The translations under genes and the position numbers were made by a program. Below are positions 1-12,214 of a stretch of DNA of 64,000 bases, one piece after another. Where the stretch lies: positions 124,001-188,000 of the forward strand of contig MU058037.1 in assembly GCA_013265495.1 (NCBI GenBank), written 5' to 3'. The first letter of the stretch is position 1. Each line of letters begins with the position of its first letter. The stretch is from Vicugna vicugna. Taxonomy: Eukaryota. The notes beneath the pieces were generated by a model. That model saw nothing but the letters and a program-made list of their open reading frames with translations. It did not search any database and was not told the origin of the DNA.

Positions 1-470
1 ACTTCTTGCTAGTGGGTGGGAGGCATTTTCTTCACCATCCCGCTTCACATACCTCTGCCGCCTCACAGCCCCTCCTAGCAGCCTTTCCCAAAACACTCCG
101 GGGCCGGAGGAAGGGGAGAAAAACTGAGGACAGGAGAGAGGGGGGGTCTCTGAATTCCCCCAGTATAGTATTTTGTTTTCAAGTAGCAGGACTTTCTAGA
201 ATGTCTTCTCTAGTTCGGCTCCTTCTGGCCCAGTTACCCCAAAGCCTCCCTGCCCCCAAGGCCAGTGCATCCAAAACAAGCGCACCGACCAAAGCACCGT
301 GGCCGCCGCCGCCCCAACTGTTGCAGCGGCTGCCGGGGTGGCGGGCGACGGCGGCGAGGGCAGGGCCGGGCCCGCACCCGGACGCTCCCCGCCCAGGAGG
401 CTGGGAGGCTCTGGGCGGCCTCTGAGGGGCGCGCAGTGCAGGGGAGTCCCTGCGGCAGCCGCCTGGGCTA

Positions 471-662
<192 letters not shown>

Positions 663-1027
663 NNNNNNNNNNNNNNNNNNNNNNNNNNNNNNNNNNNNNN
701 NNNNNNNNNNNNNNNNNNNNNNNNNNNNNNNNNNNNNNNNNNNNNNNNNNNNNNNNNNNNNNNNNNNNNNNNNNNNNNNNNNNNNNNNNNNNNNNNNNNN
801 NNNNNNNNNNNNNNNNNNNNNNNNNNNNNNNNNNNNNNNNNNNNNNNNNNNNNNNNNNNNNNNNNNNNNNNNNNNNNNNNNNNNNNNNNNNNNNNNNNNN
901 NNNNNNNNNNNNNNNNNNNNNNNNNNNNNNNNNNNNNNNNNNNNNNNNNNNNNNNNNNNNNNNNNNNNNNNNNNNNNNNNNNNNNNNNNNNNNNNNNNNN
1001 NNNNNNNNNNNNNNNNNNNNNNNNNNN
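663..1027 (-). other. PTCHD1: N-run expected to hide the first ~85 codons and the ATG of PTCHD1 (predicted at ~917)
   Basis: Inference: human exon 1 encodes 117 codons (351 nt), so 567+350=917 falls inside the N-run. The bases are not visible. Confidence 0.7.
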
Positions 1028-1955
1028 GGTCCTCCTCCTCCCTCACCCCATTGCTCCTCCTTTTCTTCCTTCTCTTTTCCTTTCCGGNNNNNNNNNNNNN
1101 NNNNNNNNNNNNNNNNNNNNNNNNNNNNNNNNNNNNNNNNNNNNNNNNNNNNNNNNNNNNNNNNNNNNNNNNNNNNNNNNNNNNNNNNNNNNNNNNNNNN
1201 NNNNNNNNNNNNNNNNNNNNNNNNNNNNNNNNNNNNNNNNNNNNNNNNNNNNNNNNNNNNNNNNNNNNNNNNNNNNNNNNNNNNNNNNNNNNNNNNNNNN
1301 NNNNNNNNNNNNNNNNNNNNNNNNNNNNNNNNNNNNNNNNNNNNNNNNNNNNNNNNNNNNNNNNNNNNNNNNNNNNNNNNNNNNNNNNNNNNNNNNNNNN
1401 NNNCCTCCCTCCCCTCCCCGCCTCTCTCCTCCTCCGGGGAGACCCAGAGATGAATAAAGAAATGGCCCCGATTTTCCAAACAAAAAGTAAAGAGTTTTCC
1501 CGGGGGGCGTCGGGCGGACCGGCTCAGAGCCGAATCCCCCCAGAGGCGGAAAGGAGGAGGCTGAAGATTGCGTGCGCCCTGGCTCTCGCCAGGCTCAGGT
1601 GGTGGCGCGCACTGGCTGGTGCGGAGAGGGGGTGGGGAGCGAAGACGCTCGAACGTGGAAATCACGCCTCCTCTCAAGTAAGAGCCATTTAAAATATTCC
1701 CAACACTGCAGCTTCCGCGGGACCACAGAGTCCGGGTGTGCGTCTGGGGCACGTCCACTTGAACGGCGCCTGTGGAGAATCTTTCTTCCCGTTTTCATTT
1801 AGGGTCGCTCCAGAGTGGGTTGGACAGTTCTGCGGCGCGCCCCTCAATTTCCCCACCCCGTCCCCCAGTAATAAAAGTGCTGATAATGATGGTCAGTCGG
1901 TGGAGCCGCCGGTCACCAGGGCTCTGAAGCTCCCGGACTCCCGCCTCTCCGCACT

Positions 1956-2003
1956 GCCGCCGCCGTCGCCGCCTCCGCCTCCTCCTCCTCCTCCCCCCCT
2001 CCT
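1956..2003. repeat. (CCG)/(CCT) trinucleotide low-complexity tract
   Basis: gccgccgccgtcgccgcctccgcctcctcctcctcctccccccctcct. Confidence 0.9.
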
Positions 2004-2728
2004 CTGTCGTCACTGGCGGGTCTGGGGGACCTGGAGCGGCGGGGCTGGAGCGGGCGCCCCTATGGGCACAGAGTGTTTGTGAACAGCTGGTCAGGGAGTC
2101 GGTAGCGTTACTCCCCTTCTCTCCTCCACCCCGACCTCTCCTCCTCAAATGAGCGAGTGTGGGAGTGGGTGACACCTTATCTCAGACCTGGAGAGATACT
2201 GGTCTCCGAGAGTGCTGAGCCGCAGGGGGCGCGGGGGAACCCGGGGGGCGCCGACGGCTCGGCAAAGTTGGGCGTGTGCTTCTGCGCGCCAGCAGCGAGC
2301 TAGCAGGCATCCACTGTGGTTCCCCTCGCACTCTCCCTCCAGAGAATTCCCCGAGAAGGCGGGCGCCGGCTTCGGGCCCGGGATAGACCTGCGGCGGCGG
2401 CGGGAACGGCCACGCACAGGTACAATTTAGCGCGGTTCGTTGCGCGCTCCAAGCCCCGGGGTCCATCCATTGCAACGCAGACCGAGCGGAATCTCGGAGT
2501 CTGGGCCACTAAGGCGCTCTGTCCGGCCAGGGGGGTGGGGACCGGGGCGCGGCGAGGGGTCCCCAGGCTTTGAGCTCTGAGCGCTCGGCCTTCCCGTCCC
2601 ACGCCTCCGGTCGCTCCTGCTTGGCCTCTTAGTGCCAAGGGTCAAGCGAGAGGCGGCTGTGACTGGAGGCGCGGTCCCTGGAGTGTGGCCCGCACTACTG
2701 AGCAAGGGCATGCATATTAATCAAAGCT

Positions 2729-2796
2729 GAAGGAAGACGGGATAGGGGGAGGAGGAGGAAGGGAGGGAAAGAGGAGAGGGAAGAGGGAGAGGGAAA
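2729..2796. repeat. Polypurine (GA-rich) tract
   Basis: gaaggaagacgggatagggggaggaggaggaagggagggaaagaggagagggaagagggagagggaaa; only two pyrimidines in ~68 nt. Confidence 0.9.
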
Positions 2797-4186
2797 CCGG
2801 TGGGAGAACGCGACTAAGGGAGGTATTTCCCTAACGTTCCCATCCCAGATTCCCAGTGCCAAGCGGCCCTCCACTTCTCAAACTGAACTTGGGAACTTAC
2901 ACATTAGAAACAGGAAGTCGTGGGCCGGGAAATCCTCCTTTTTTGGTTCCTCGTCTCCTTTCCCCCACACCAGACCCTCCATCCTATATTCCCTCAGCAA
3001 CACCTGCAACTGCTGCGCTGCTCACCCCGGGGGCGCAACCGCTCAGCTCTGCCTGCGCTCCCTAGGTCCTTCTACCCATCCGTACTGTGGTCCAGTTTCT
3101 CTGCTCACCCTCCCTATTCCCCACACCGCTGTTTCTAAAGGCACCCTCTGGTTCACCAGCAGCTTCCAGCGACATTGACATACCGCCCCTCTTCCCCGCT
3201 CAGAATTCCCATTCCTGGGAGGGACACATTGGGAGAGGCTAGAAATTCCCCTGCAACACTCCACTTGTGCCCTTCCCCCATCATCTTAATTTCTGCTCGC
3301 AGAGACGCCGCTGTTCTGCAGCGCTTTGCTGATTCACGATGATCGCGGAGGGAAAAGCCTCATTGACTTGTGCCCCTGCAAGCGGCAACGCTAGCGCGAG
3401 TGGCTGCGAGGGCACACGCTTTGGGAAACCACCCACCACTGCGCAGCCGAGGTGCTAAATGGCAGGGTAGATGCTTTGCGTGGCTCTTGGCCGGGGCAGA
3501 CGCAAAGAAGGAAAGGGCCGGGGGAGGAAGGGGAACGCGGTGGCAGTGAAATTTCTGCGAGCCCAGTTCTTTGCGACTGAGCCGGAGGCAGCTGGTGGGT
3601 GGGCATCTCTCAGGAGGCCCAAAGTCGTCGGCTGTGCGGGGAGCAGAGATGTTTCGTGTGCCCTGATGCCAGCGCAGCGACAGAAGTAAGCCGACACGTC
3701 TGCTTGGGAGCCTTTAACGTTTCGGCGAAGCTTTTTTCATTCTGAAGTCTTTGTCCCTCCAAATGGTTCCCTCCTAACCTTGGTTCGCTATCGTCCCTAG
3801 AATTTTCTGCCTTTTTGGTGTAAGCCCACACGCAGGCTGAAGAGCACGTGTGCCCTATCTCAGTGCCTGGGCTGAGTCTTAGAGAGGGGCAAACCCAGAG
3901 TGCTCTACTGGCCGGTGGGAGTGTCGTTCTCCCACAAGCAAAGGGCCTTTCCTTTGAGACCGAGGCTTTTGCTTCTAGTGTTCCCAAGCCTATCCCTAAT
4001 TGTCCTCATGTATATTTGGGGGAACTTCCACCCTACCGACTTTAATTCAGAGACTCGGAATGGCCTGAGAAGGGGTCTCCCTGCCACTTTTTAATGCGGG
4101 AAATCCAGTTAGTATTGTCTAAATTGAGTTGGAGTGAAGGAGAACGAGAGAGCGAGAGCGAGAGAGGGAGCGAGCGCGCGCTCGCA

Positions 4187-4202
4187 CGCGCAGAGGGCGT
4201 TG
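4187..4202 (+). promoter_or_regulatory. Candidate CTCF motif at the CpG island border
   Basis: CGCGCAGAGGGCGTTG resembles the CTCF core CCASYAGRKGGCRSYR; motif match only. Confidence 0.4.
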
Positions 4203-4529
4203 CCTCCTCCTGATTTGATTTTTTCTTCTCTTTTGATTCAGAAGTTCAGGGGAGCATTGACACCACCAAAGACTTGGGTTTGCATTTAGGACAGTGACTT
4301 TGGGTACAGAGCTTCCATAAATACATTCGTAAATCATTTCTTTTTCTGATTAAAAATTAATTCATATTAATTGTAGAAAATTTAAAAAATAAGAACAAGA
4401 AAAAGAAGGAAACAAAAAGACACCTGTGTCCCTGCACTTCCACCACCTTTCAAAGGTAACCTCTGTTGATAATTTATTGTACACACAGACAGTATAATTT
4501 AGAGGTAAAAACTATTGGTCTATAGCCAC

Positions 4530-4722
4530 TAAGTAGAATCCTTGCTCTACTACTTACTTTGAGTAACTTAACCTCTGTATGCCACACTTTTCTCTTCTGG
4601 AAAGTGGGAATATTAATTGTACTTACTCCATATAATTGCTGTGAAGATTAAATAGGTTAAAAGATGTAAGGCACTTAAAACATTGCCTGGAATAACAACA
4701 CCTAGTAAATGATATTTGTTAC
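4530..4722 (+). mobile_element. MIR SINE
   Basis: MIR core: taacttaacctctgtatgcc...gaagattaaataggttaaaagatgtaaggcacttaaaacattgcctgg. Confidence 0.85.
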
Positions 4723-4769
4723 AATTCTAGTCTTCTCTGACTGAATTGTGTGTGTGAAAAGGAAAGTCA

Positions 4770-5362
4770 GTCCCTACCACGCGAAGCTGGCCTGGTATAA
4801 TCAGCTGGGACCTGGCGCTGCTAGGACCTGCCCTGGAACTCACAACTAAGCTTTGGTGTTCTCCCATTGAGCAAAAACCATTCCCCAAAACACTAATGGC
4901 AGATAAGGTCATTCTGTAACTCTGATAAATTCGGACAAAACTAGGAGCACCCCATAATCATGTCTGAACCCAGACAAAACAGGAACCCTGTCCAAATGAC
5001 AAAATGACCAAACATGTTCCTACCTTGGCTAATATGAGTGAATATTATGGTGTCTTAGAAAACAAATTACAACTTTAGACTTGGTCTAGTCTTCTCTTCC
5101 TCTAGATAAAGATTTAGTTAGACACCCAATCATAAAACTATGCCTGTTTCCCAACAGCATTTAAACCAGAGCAAGCCCCACCACGTTAAATCTTACTTAA
5201 AATTATTAACATGAGCCAAGTCCTGTGATAAGTCCTTCCTAACACCTTTTTGAGACACCCCTCAGTTCTCTGTGGTGCATGTTCTTCTTGTCTACAATGA
5301 AAAATAAACCTAGCTTGTTCAATTACTGCCATGTTCCTGGTGGTCTTTAGCAGGAGGGCTTT
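4770..5362 (+). mobile_element. ERV1 solo LTR, MER34/MER39-like
   Basis: Diagnostic segments ataatcatgtctgaacccagacaaaac, ttggctaatatgagtg, ccaatcata and aataaacctagcttgttcaattac...gttcctggtggtctttagcaggagggc; AATAAA at 5303-5308. Confidence 0.75.
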
Positions 5363-5454
5363 GGTAGTGCATATACAATGTTGATAAGCTTTCTTTTTCT
5401 GAAATTGAGGGGCATAATAAACGTTCTGTTTGGTAACCATTTTCTCCATTAGAT

Positions 5455-5680
5455 AGATTATGAGCATTTTCTCATGTCAATTATTATTGCTGTAAAACAT
5501 TTTAATGGCTGCATAGAATTCCACTATATGGCTTAACCTTAATTTATTTAACTTATCCCATATTGCTGGACATTTAGGTTTTTAAAATTTTTATTGTTAT
5601 AAATATGACTGAGATGAACATCCTGTAGATAAATCTCTGACTACATCTTTATTTTCTTAGGGCCAAATATCCATCACTAC
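5455..5680 (-). mobile_element. Old L1 (L1ME-like) 3' fragment
   Basis: ttttaatggctgcatagaattccactatatgg...tgctggacatttaggttt is a typical antisense L1 3' sequence. Confidence 0.75.
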
Positions 5681-7555
5681 ATTTTAAGTGGACAGCTCCT
5701 AACAGATGCCTTTCTAATTATTGTTAAATTAGAAGGGACAAGGGCATTCCTTCATGGGGATTAAATTTCTTGGTCAAATAAATGAAATATTCCCATTTGG
5801 GGGGAATTTCTATCATCTGTTACATTTGGAATCAGTCTCTTGGCTCAGTATTACTCAGAGATGCTGGAGGGATTGAACATGGTGTAGAGGGAGTATGGTC
5901 CCAAAAGAAAGCTTATTTGGTTTGAAGAGGTTAGAAACAAGAGTCTTCTGTGGTCTAGCAAGTACATCAAGCATTAACTTTCAATAATCAAACCACCATT
6001 TTCTTCCTGAGAAACAAGACATTTTCATGCATATATCTTAACTCTAAACTGTTGTATGTCAACTGTGAAATCACTGTGCATAGTAGGATCATGCTAGAGG
6101 ATATTTGGGTGGCTGCAATTTAGGGTGGTACTTAGTATAGTGTGTTTATCATCACTTCATGTTATCCTAATCTCAATAACCCTGATATATTTCTAAGTAG
6201 TAGGCGCTTATGCCACCCTAAAAAATGCCATCTAGGTAACATTTCTTGGAGAATGGAAACACATGCAGGGAAGGGAAAAGTATAACAAGGATTTTCCTTT
6301 CAGAATGGGGAAGATACCCTGGCAAACTTCAGTGTTTTAAGTGGCGATGCCTCAATGAACTATCTACTGGGACTCATCCCTGTTTTGATCAAAAAGCTGT
6401 TTTATGCAGAGCAACACTGTATTCACAGAAAGTTTACACAAAGGAAGACTTCTGAAGATAGCTTAAACTTGCAGTTGAAGAGAGAACACATGTGTGGAAA
6501 GTCCTAATAGGTTGCTTAAGATAAAGAGGCACACTGCTGTGTGTAGATGATCCCCTTTCAAAAGTGTGCTAATTGGGTATCTGAATCTTTCAGGATATTC
6601 TGCCAACTCAGTAGGCTCTCAATATCTTCATTAGTCTTTCAGAAAAATAATCATTCATGACATAAGGAAAAAAGTCATGCAAAATCATTTTCCTGAATAA
6701 TCATGAGACTTAGGGTTAAGAAAGGGATATTTCATGCATCGATTCAGGGAGAAACATTTTGGAACATGCTATCTGGGTGTCTGGTTTCACCACGTCACCA
6801 GTTGGTTGAGGTGGCCAGGTCCAAATGTTTGCTTTGCTTTTTTTCCTCCTAAAAAGCAGAAAACATGGCTTTACCTTCTTTCCATCTTTCAAAATCCTTC
6901 CATCCTTCATGGCTCTCTTAAAATCCTAGCTCACATATCTAATAAGCTTTCTGACTGCCAAACCAACATTGATTAATTTAACTTGATTGAGCAAGTTTAT
7001 TTGAATTATTTCAGTGAGCAAGTTTCTACTGTAGTCAACAACTAGGGAAAACTGAGCGAGGAATTCTCTGTTCTGAAGAAATTTTTAGTCTAATGGAGTT
7101 GACTAAATATACTGAGTATTAAAGTATGAACCGGAGTAAGGGAAACGTTCAGAGGAGAGGTTACAATGATGTAGGGGTGCAAAAAGGCATAGATGGTATT
7201 TGGTTGGTCTCTGGTCTTTGAATACCTTTAGCCTAGGGTTAGCATCTTGCTGTTTTTAGTTTCTTTGTTATCTAATGTTATAGATATCTACATGTTGATG
7301 ATATGTAAATATGATATATCAGTTTTTGATAGACTTTTGATCACTGGACTGGGTTGTTAGAGGTCCCCATCTCTTTTCCCTAGGGATGGTCCTAAAGTTT
7401 TGAGCTTAGTCAAAGAAGATGATCACTTCCTAATTCTGAGAATTTCTGAGGAATGCCACTTTCTCAAGCTAAGTGCAACTCAGGTTTTTCATTAAGTTAA
7501 GCTAGCTTTCCTTCCACAGTATCTAAATAAGGAGAATTTAGGCACTTTACTCACT

Positions 7556-7576
7556 TTCAGCACCAGGGACAGATCC
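7556..7576 (+). promoter_or_regulatory. RE1/NRSE (REST binding site)
   Basis: TTCAGCACCAGGGACAGATCC matches the RE1 consensus TTCAGCACCACGGACAGCGCC at 18/21, with the core CAGCACC-nn-GGACAG intact at canonical spacing. Confidence 0.75.
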
Positions 7577-7929
7577 ATTTAAACCTAGCTACTCCTTCCC
7601 CTTCCAGTCCCCATCACTTCTAAATTGATTATAGGAAATTTTTAGAGCTAAAAACTAATACAGTCAGGGAGTTGATCTTTTTTTTTTCTAAGCTAGGCCA
7701 ATTAAAATGGAAATAAATTTAAACTGGTGGACCACTAAATCCAATATGGTTACATTTAAAATTGTGCCCAGTAATTTTATGCCTTTATAATGTGTTTGTA
7801 TTGGGGGAAGGGATTTAAAGGAAGATGTTAGAGCTCATTCTACAATATAATCTCTTGAATTTTAAAAGTGATTGTGCTGAAAACTCACACAAATGATAGA
7901 AAATGGGGGAAAAGAACATTTTAATGTGT

Positions 7930-8140
7930 TTTATGTGCTAAGTTTAGCCCTAGGCATTTTCACGTATCTTAGCCTATGTAATTTGCAAAATCACTCTGTG
8001 GGCTATAAGTATTGTCAAACCCATTTTAAAGAGAGGAGATTGAAGATTAAGGAGATTAACTGTCTTGTGCATGGTTACACTGTAATGGAAGTATAAATAG
8101 AATCCAGGTCTATCTGATATCAAAATCCATGTTTTTCTGT
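7930..8140 (-). mobile_element. MIR SINE
   Basis: Antisense MIR: cccattttaaagagaggagattgaagattaaggagattaactgtcttgtgcatggttacac...gaatccaggtctatctga. Confidence 0.75.
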
Positions 8141-10301
8141 TCAGTCATTATTTTAAGCAAAAAATTACTTGATTCCTTTTCTAAAATGCCTTGACTAGAT
8201 ACCAAAAAATGTCAAAAGCATCTTAATCAGATAACATAATATGCCATGAATATTATAAACAATTTAGTGCTATTTCCATATTTGCTATTCATTTAATAGT
8301 GTTGTAAAGTGGCAATATCATGATCTATCCATTAATCAATTTTTTTAGTGTTTGGATTCATTTCTGATGTTGGTGTTCCTTAGAGGAGTTCTGTGGCCCA
8401 ACAAAAATATTGTTATGGAACCCAAAGTGTTTGCTGATCTAATCCAACCCACTCTTTTTGCAGATGGCAAAACTTCTGCAGTCCTTGTCTGGATTCTACC
8501 AAGAAAAATCCCTCAAAATGTTAAAATGGAAAACTGTCAAGTGGTTCTAAAATACATAGCAGAAAAAGCAACCAAATAGACTCTGACCTTATGCCTGTTG
8601 AAATTCTTCCATTTTTTAGTGGTTAGCCAGTAGTCATTATACTGCAAAGAGAAAGATTCTTTAATTCTCTTCCTTTACTTTACTGTGTAAAATGAACAGA
8701 TACCATTATAATCAGTAGATCCGTTGTCTTATGTATGAACATAGGGGGCATAAGAAAGCAGAGGGTTTCCTGATACANNNNNNNNNNNNNNNNNNNNNNN
8801 NNNNNNNNNNNNNNNNNNNNNNNNNNNNNNNNNNNNNNNNNNNNNNNNNNNNNNNNNNNNNNNNNNNNNNNNNNNNNNNNNNNNNNNNNNNNNNNNNNNN
8901 NNNNNNNNNNNNNNNNNNNNNNNNNNNNNNNNNNNNNNNNNNNNNNNNNNNNNNNNNTCACTTCCTTCTAGTGAGTGGCGTTATGTTGGTGAATTAATTA
9001 ATAGTAAAATCTGAATACATATTCACAAATATTAGAATTGTAGAAAAGTTACATCAAGAGGGGGCTCCTGGGAGAAGCTAAGTGAGAGAAGAAAAAAAAA
9101 TCAAAGATTCCTTTTTCAGACAAAGCACAAGACTTGGCATTTCTAGGGCTGCTTTGCTTCCACCTTCAGGCATCTTCTGAATATTGTAAAAGGGATTATT
9201 CTAGATGTGAAAAAGTCTGTTCTACTGTGAGTTGAAAGGTTTAGCCTCAGGTGAATGCCATTACCTCCTGCGGTCCACCAAGCAGCAGAAACTAAAGTAG
9301 TTTGGCTAGCTATCAGCGCATATGGTCCTCCATCTAGCTCTGTCTCATCATTATACTTCAGACTGCTATTAATAAAAATCAGAATAATAAGGATGATGAT
9401 GATGTCTCCCAGGTAAGGAGATTTTCGGGTGTAAAATATAGTAATGAATGTAAAGTGCTTCCAAACAACCATACCTATTATTGGGCTTGATGAGTCCAAG
9501 GCACCTTGCACATGCTAAACATGGAGCATGAAGATGTGAGTAATAACAAGGACATGAAGAGTTTAGGTCCTGAAGCAAGGTAGAGGCTAGTGGGATGGAG
9601 AGAAACGGAAGGATTGCTAAGTTTTTAGGGAGATACAATCTACAGGACTGAGATGATTGCAGAATGCAGCTAAGATACTGCATCATGGTTTCTGCAGACA
9701 CAGTTCCAATCCAAAGAATTATGCTAAACCATATCCAACCTTAGAGATATTAGTTTATTTTTACCAAATTCTACTTGAAAACAGAGCTTCTTGTCAGGAT
9801 GAGGAAGGAGGAAAGATGGACTGTGTTAAGCTCTAAGCTACAACAAATGGGGGTTGAATGTGATAGTTTGAACATGAGAGCTGGACAGGAGAGGTCAGTA
9901 GCCTGGGGGAGTCCACAAGGTGGAGGCTAAAATCCATTACGTCAAATCCATAATATGGTGATTCATGTGGACTAATAAATGTCCTTGCTCCCAAGGGAAT
10001 TGAGTTATATCTTAAGGTCAGTTGCTTAAATGAGATGACTTTATTTGAGGAAGAAGGAAAAGGAGATAAATGAGGAGGTGGCAGGGGTGAGGCAGAGGGA
10101 GGAAAATGAAATGTATGGCTTCATGGGTGAGATTTCCCAGAAACCTTCCTCTTTGGTTCATCTCAAGTCTCTTCATCTTTATAATGCTTGGGGATTTCCC
10201 CTCTGATGACCCCCTAGAACCCATCCCTGAAGGTGATCCAAGACTGTACCCTCTATACATAGGGCCCCCATTCCTTGGTGGCAGCTTATACTTTTGTTAG
10301 G

Positions 10302-10323
10302 ACACACACACACACACACACAC
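10302..10323. repeat. (AC)n microsatellite
   Basis: About 11 AC units. Confidence 0.95.
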
Positions 10324-10469
10324 GCCACATGTGGCTGCTTCAATTTACACAATTAGTAATCACATTGAAGAAAATAGACACTGACATTTTATAGTATGAC
10401 ACTCATTCTTTTACTGACACCTGTATGGGGGCGCTGTAAACATTAGACCATTTTAATGAAATATTTTTA

Positions 10470-10662
10470 GTCCTATTATGAATTGTGCTGCTGTTAACAT
10501 TTGCATACAAGTTTTTGTATGGATATATGTTTTCATTTCTCTTGGGTATTTGCCTAGCAGTAGAATGGCTAGGTCATACCGTAACTCTATGCTTAACATT
10601 TTGAGGAACTACTGAACTGTTTTCCAAAGGGCTTGAACCCCTTTACATTCGCACCAGCAATG
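10470..10662 (-). mobile_element. L1M fragment (ORF2 3' region)
   Basis: gttttcatttctcttgggtatttgcctagcagtagaatggctaggtcata...ttgaggaactactgaactgttttccaaag...tacattcgcaccagcaatg. Confidence 0.85.
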
Positions 10663-12214
10663 GTTTTTGTTTGTTTGCTTCTTTGTTTTAATCATTATTT
10701 ATGCTAGTTTTTTCTCTACTTATTATTAGATGTTAGTTTCACAAAACCTTTGCAACCTCTTTCTGGATTTATCTATTTTTAAAATTCTCCCTTTTGGTGA
10801 AAGACTTTTTTTTATGCATCTCAAAATGTTACTTGAAAATCCCCATAATATCCTAATAAAAATTCAGATAATGAGATTGTCTAGAAAATATACTAGACCT
10901 GACTAGCATATTACTTAGATACATGTGGGAAGCTCACTGCTTGAGGATTTTGAATTTCAGATTGTGATGTCCACATCTTACAATGGATGTCCAACCTTCC
11001 ACAGAATCGAGAGGATTCTTTTAAGCAATGGAACAGCAAAGATGGCATATGGGGACCACTATGAGGCTCTCTCATTTTGCACTCAGAAGGGGAAAGAGAG
11101 GAGGGGGAGGCCAAAAGGAGGTAAAAGACTCAGAGAGAGTTGTGGGAAATCCATGGAGACATAATATGCTGACTACTGTGTATAGCTCTGGGAATAGCCA
11201 GAGGGGTAGTGCCTGAGGTAGAATAGTGGGTCTGATTTGGACCCACTTGGAAGCTTGTCAAATTCACTTCTTTCTCCTTTCTCCAATTCAGACTACTCTC
11301 CCCAAGTTACTCCTTCAGTTCCATCCAGTCCCCATCACTCTGGCCAGTGAGTGGTGAGGAAAATGAAGGAATGAGAAAAAGAGAACAATAAGAACATATA
11401 TGTTCACAATCCTTCCCCCACTTCTCCATCTCCCTATCTGATATCAGTCCAGTAAGCATTCTGTTTAATTTGCCTCACCTGCAGCGATAACACTGGTCTC
11501 CATAGAGAAGTAGTATCACTTAAGCCATGGTAATGAACTCCCCTACAGAACAATAAAGGTGAAATAAGGTGGTGACAAAATCCCACAGGAAGGACTATTA
11601 ACTAATGTTATTAAGTGATACTTTCTTAGTGAAAATTCCCTCCACTGTAATATTTCATTATTAATAGTCCTTGGGAGTTTAAAGAAAAGAAATACCTTTT
11701 AATTTCTCTGGCTTGGTCTCCTGGTACTCATAAAGGAATCTGAGCTATGCTTTATGATGCCAAAAACCACCGGTCAATCCAGTCAATATGATAATACAAC
11801 AACAACCAACCACATTATTTGGCGTTATATAGACAAAACAGCTAATTGTTTGACTGAAGTATTCACATGCAGATCAGTTATTTTGACATCATATGGGCAC
11901 AAGCGAAGTCAATATTTAAATAGTAATTTAAAAATCATTAATTGGAACCATATTTGTTGATTATCTCATATATACAGGAATTTTTCTCATTTAACAGATG
12001 GCTTTGCATCAATCCCATCTTTGAAATTAGTAAACACAGATTTTTCTAACTGTGGAAAGGAAGTAAATACATAAGAAGGGGCCAGAGGCAGAAGGCAACT
12101 TAAAGATAACTCCGCAAACTGTGGCAGTGGTAATTCTTTAGTGGTAGTAAGATAATCTGTGGAAGAGATGGCACTTGGGAATTTAAACATTGGAGGCTGC
12201 AGTTATTAATCTGA

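Noticed and set aside
7603-11339. Exact 16-mer TCCAGTCCCCATCACT at 7603-7618 and 11324-11339
   Set aside because: About 0.5 exact 16-mer pairs are expected by chance in 64 kb under uniform composition; no extended homology apart from a short actccttc nearby.
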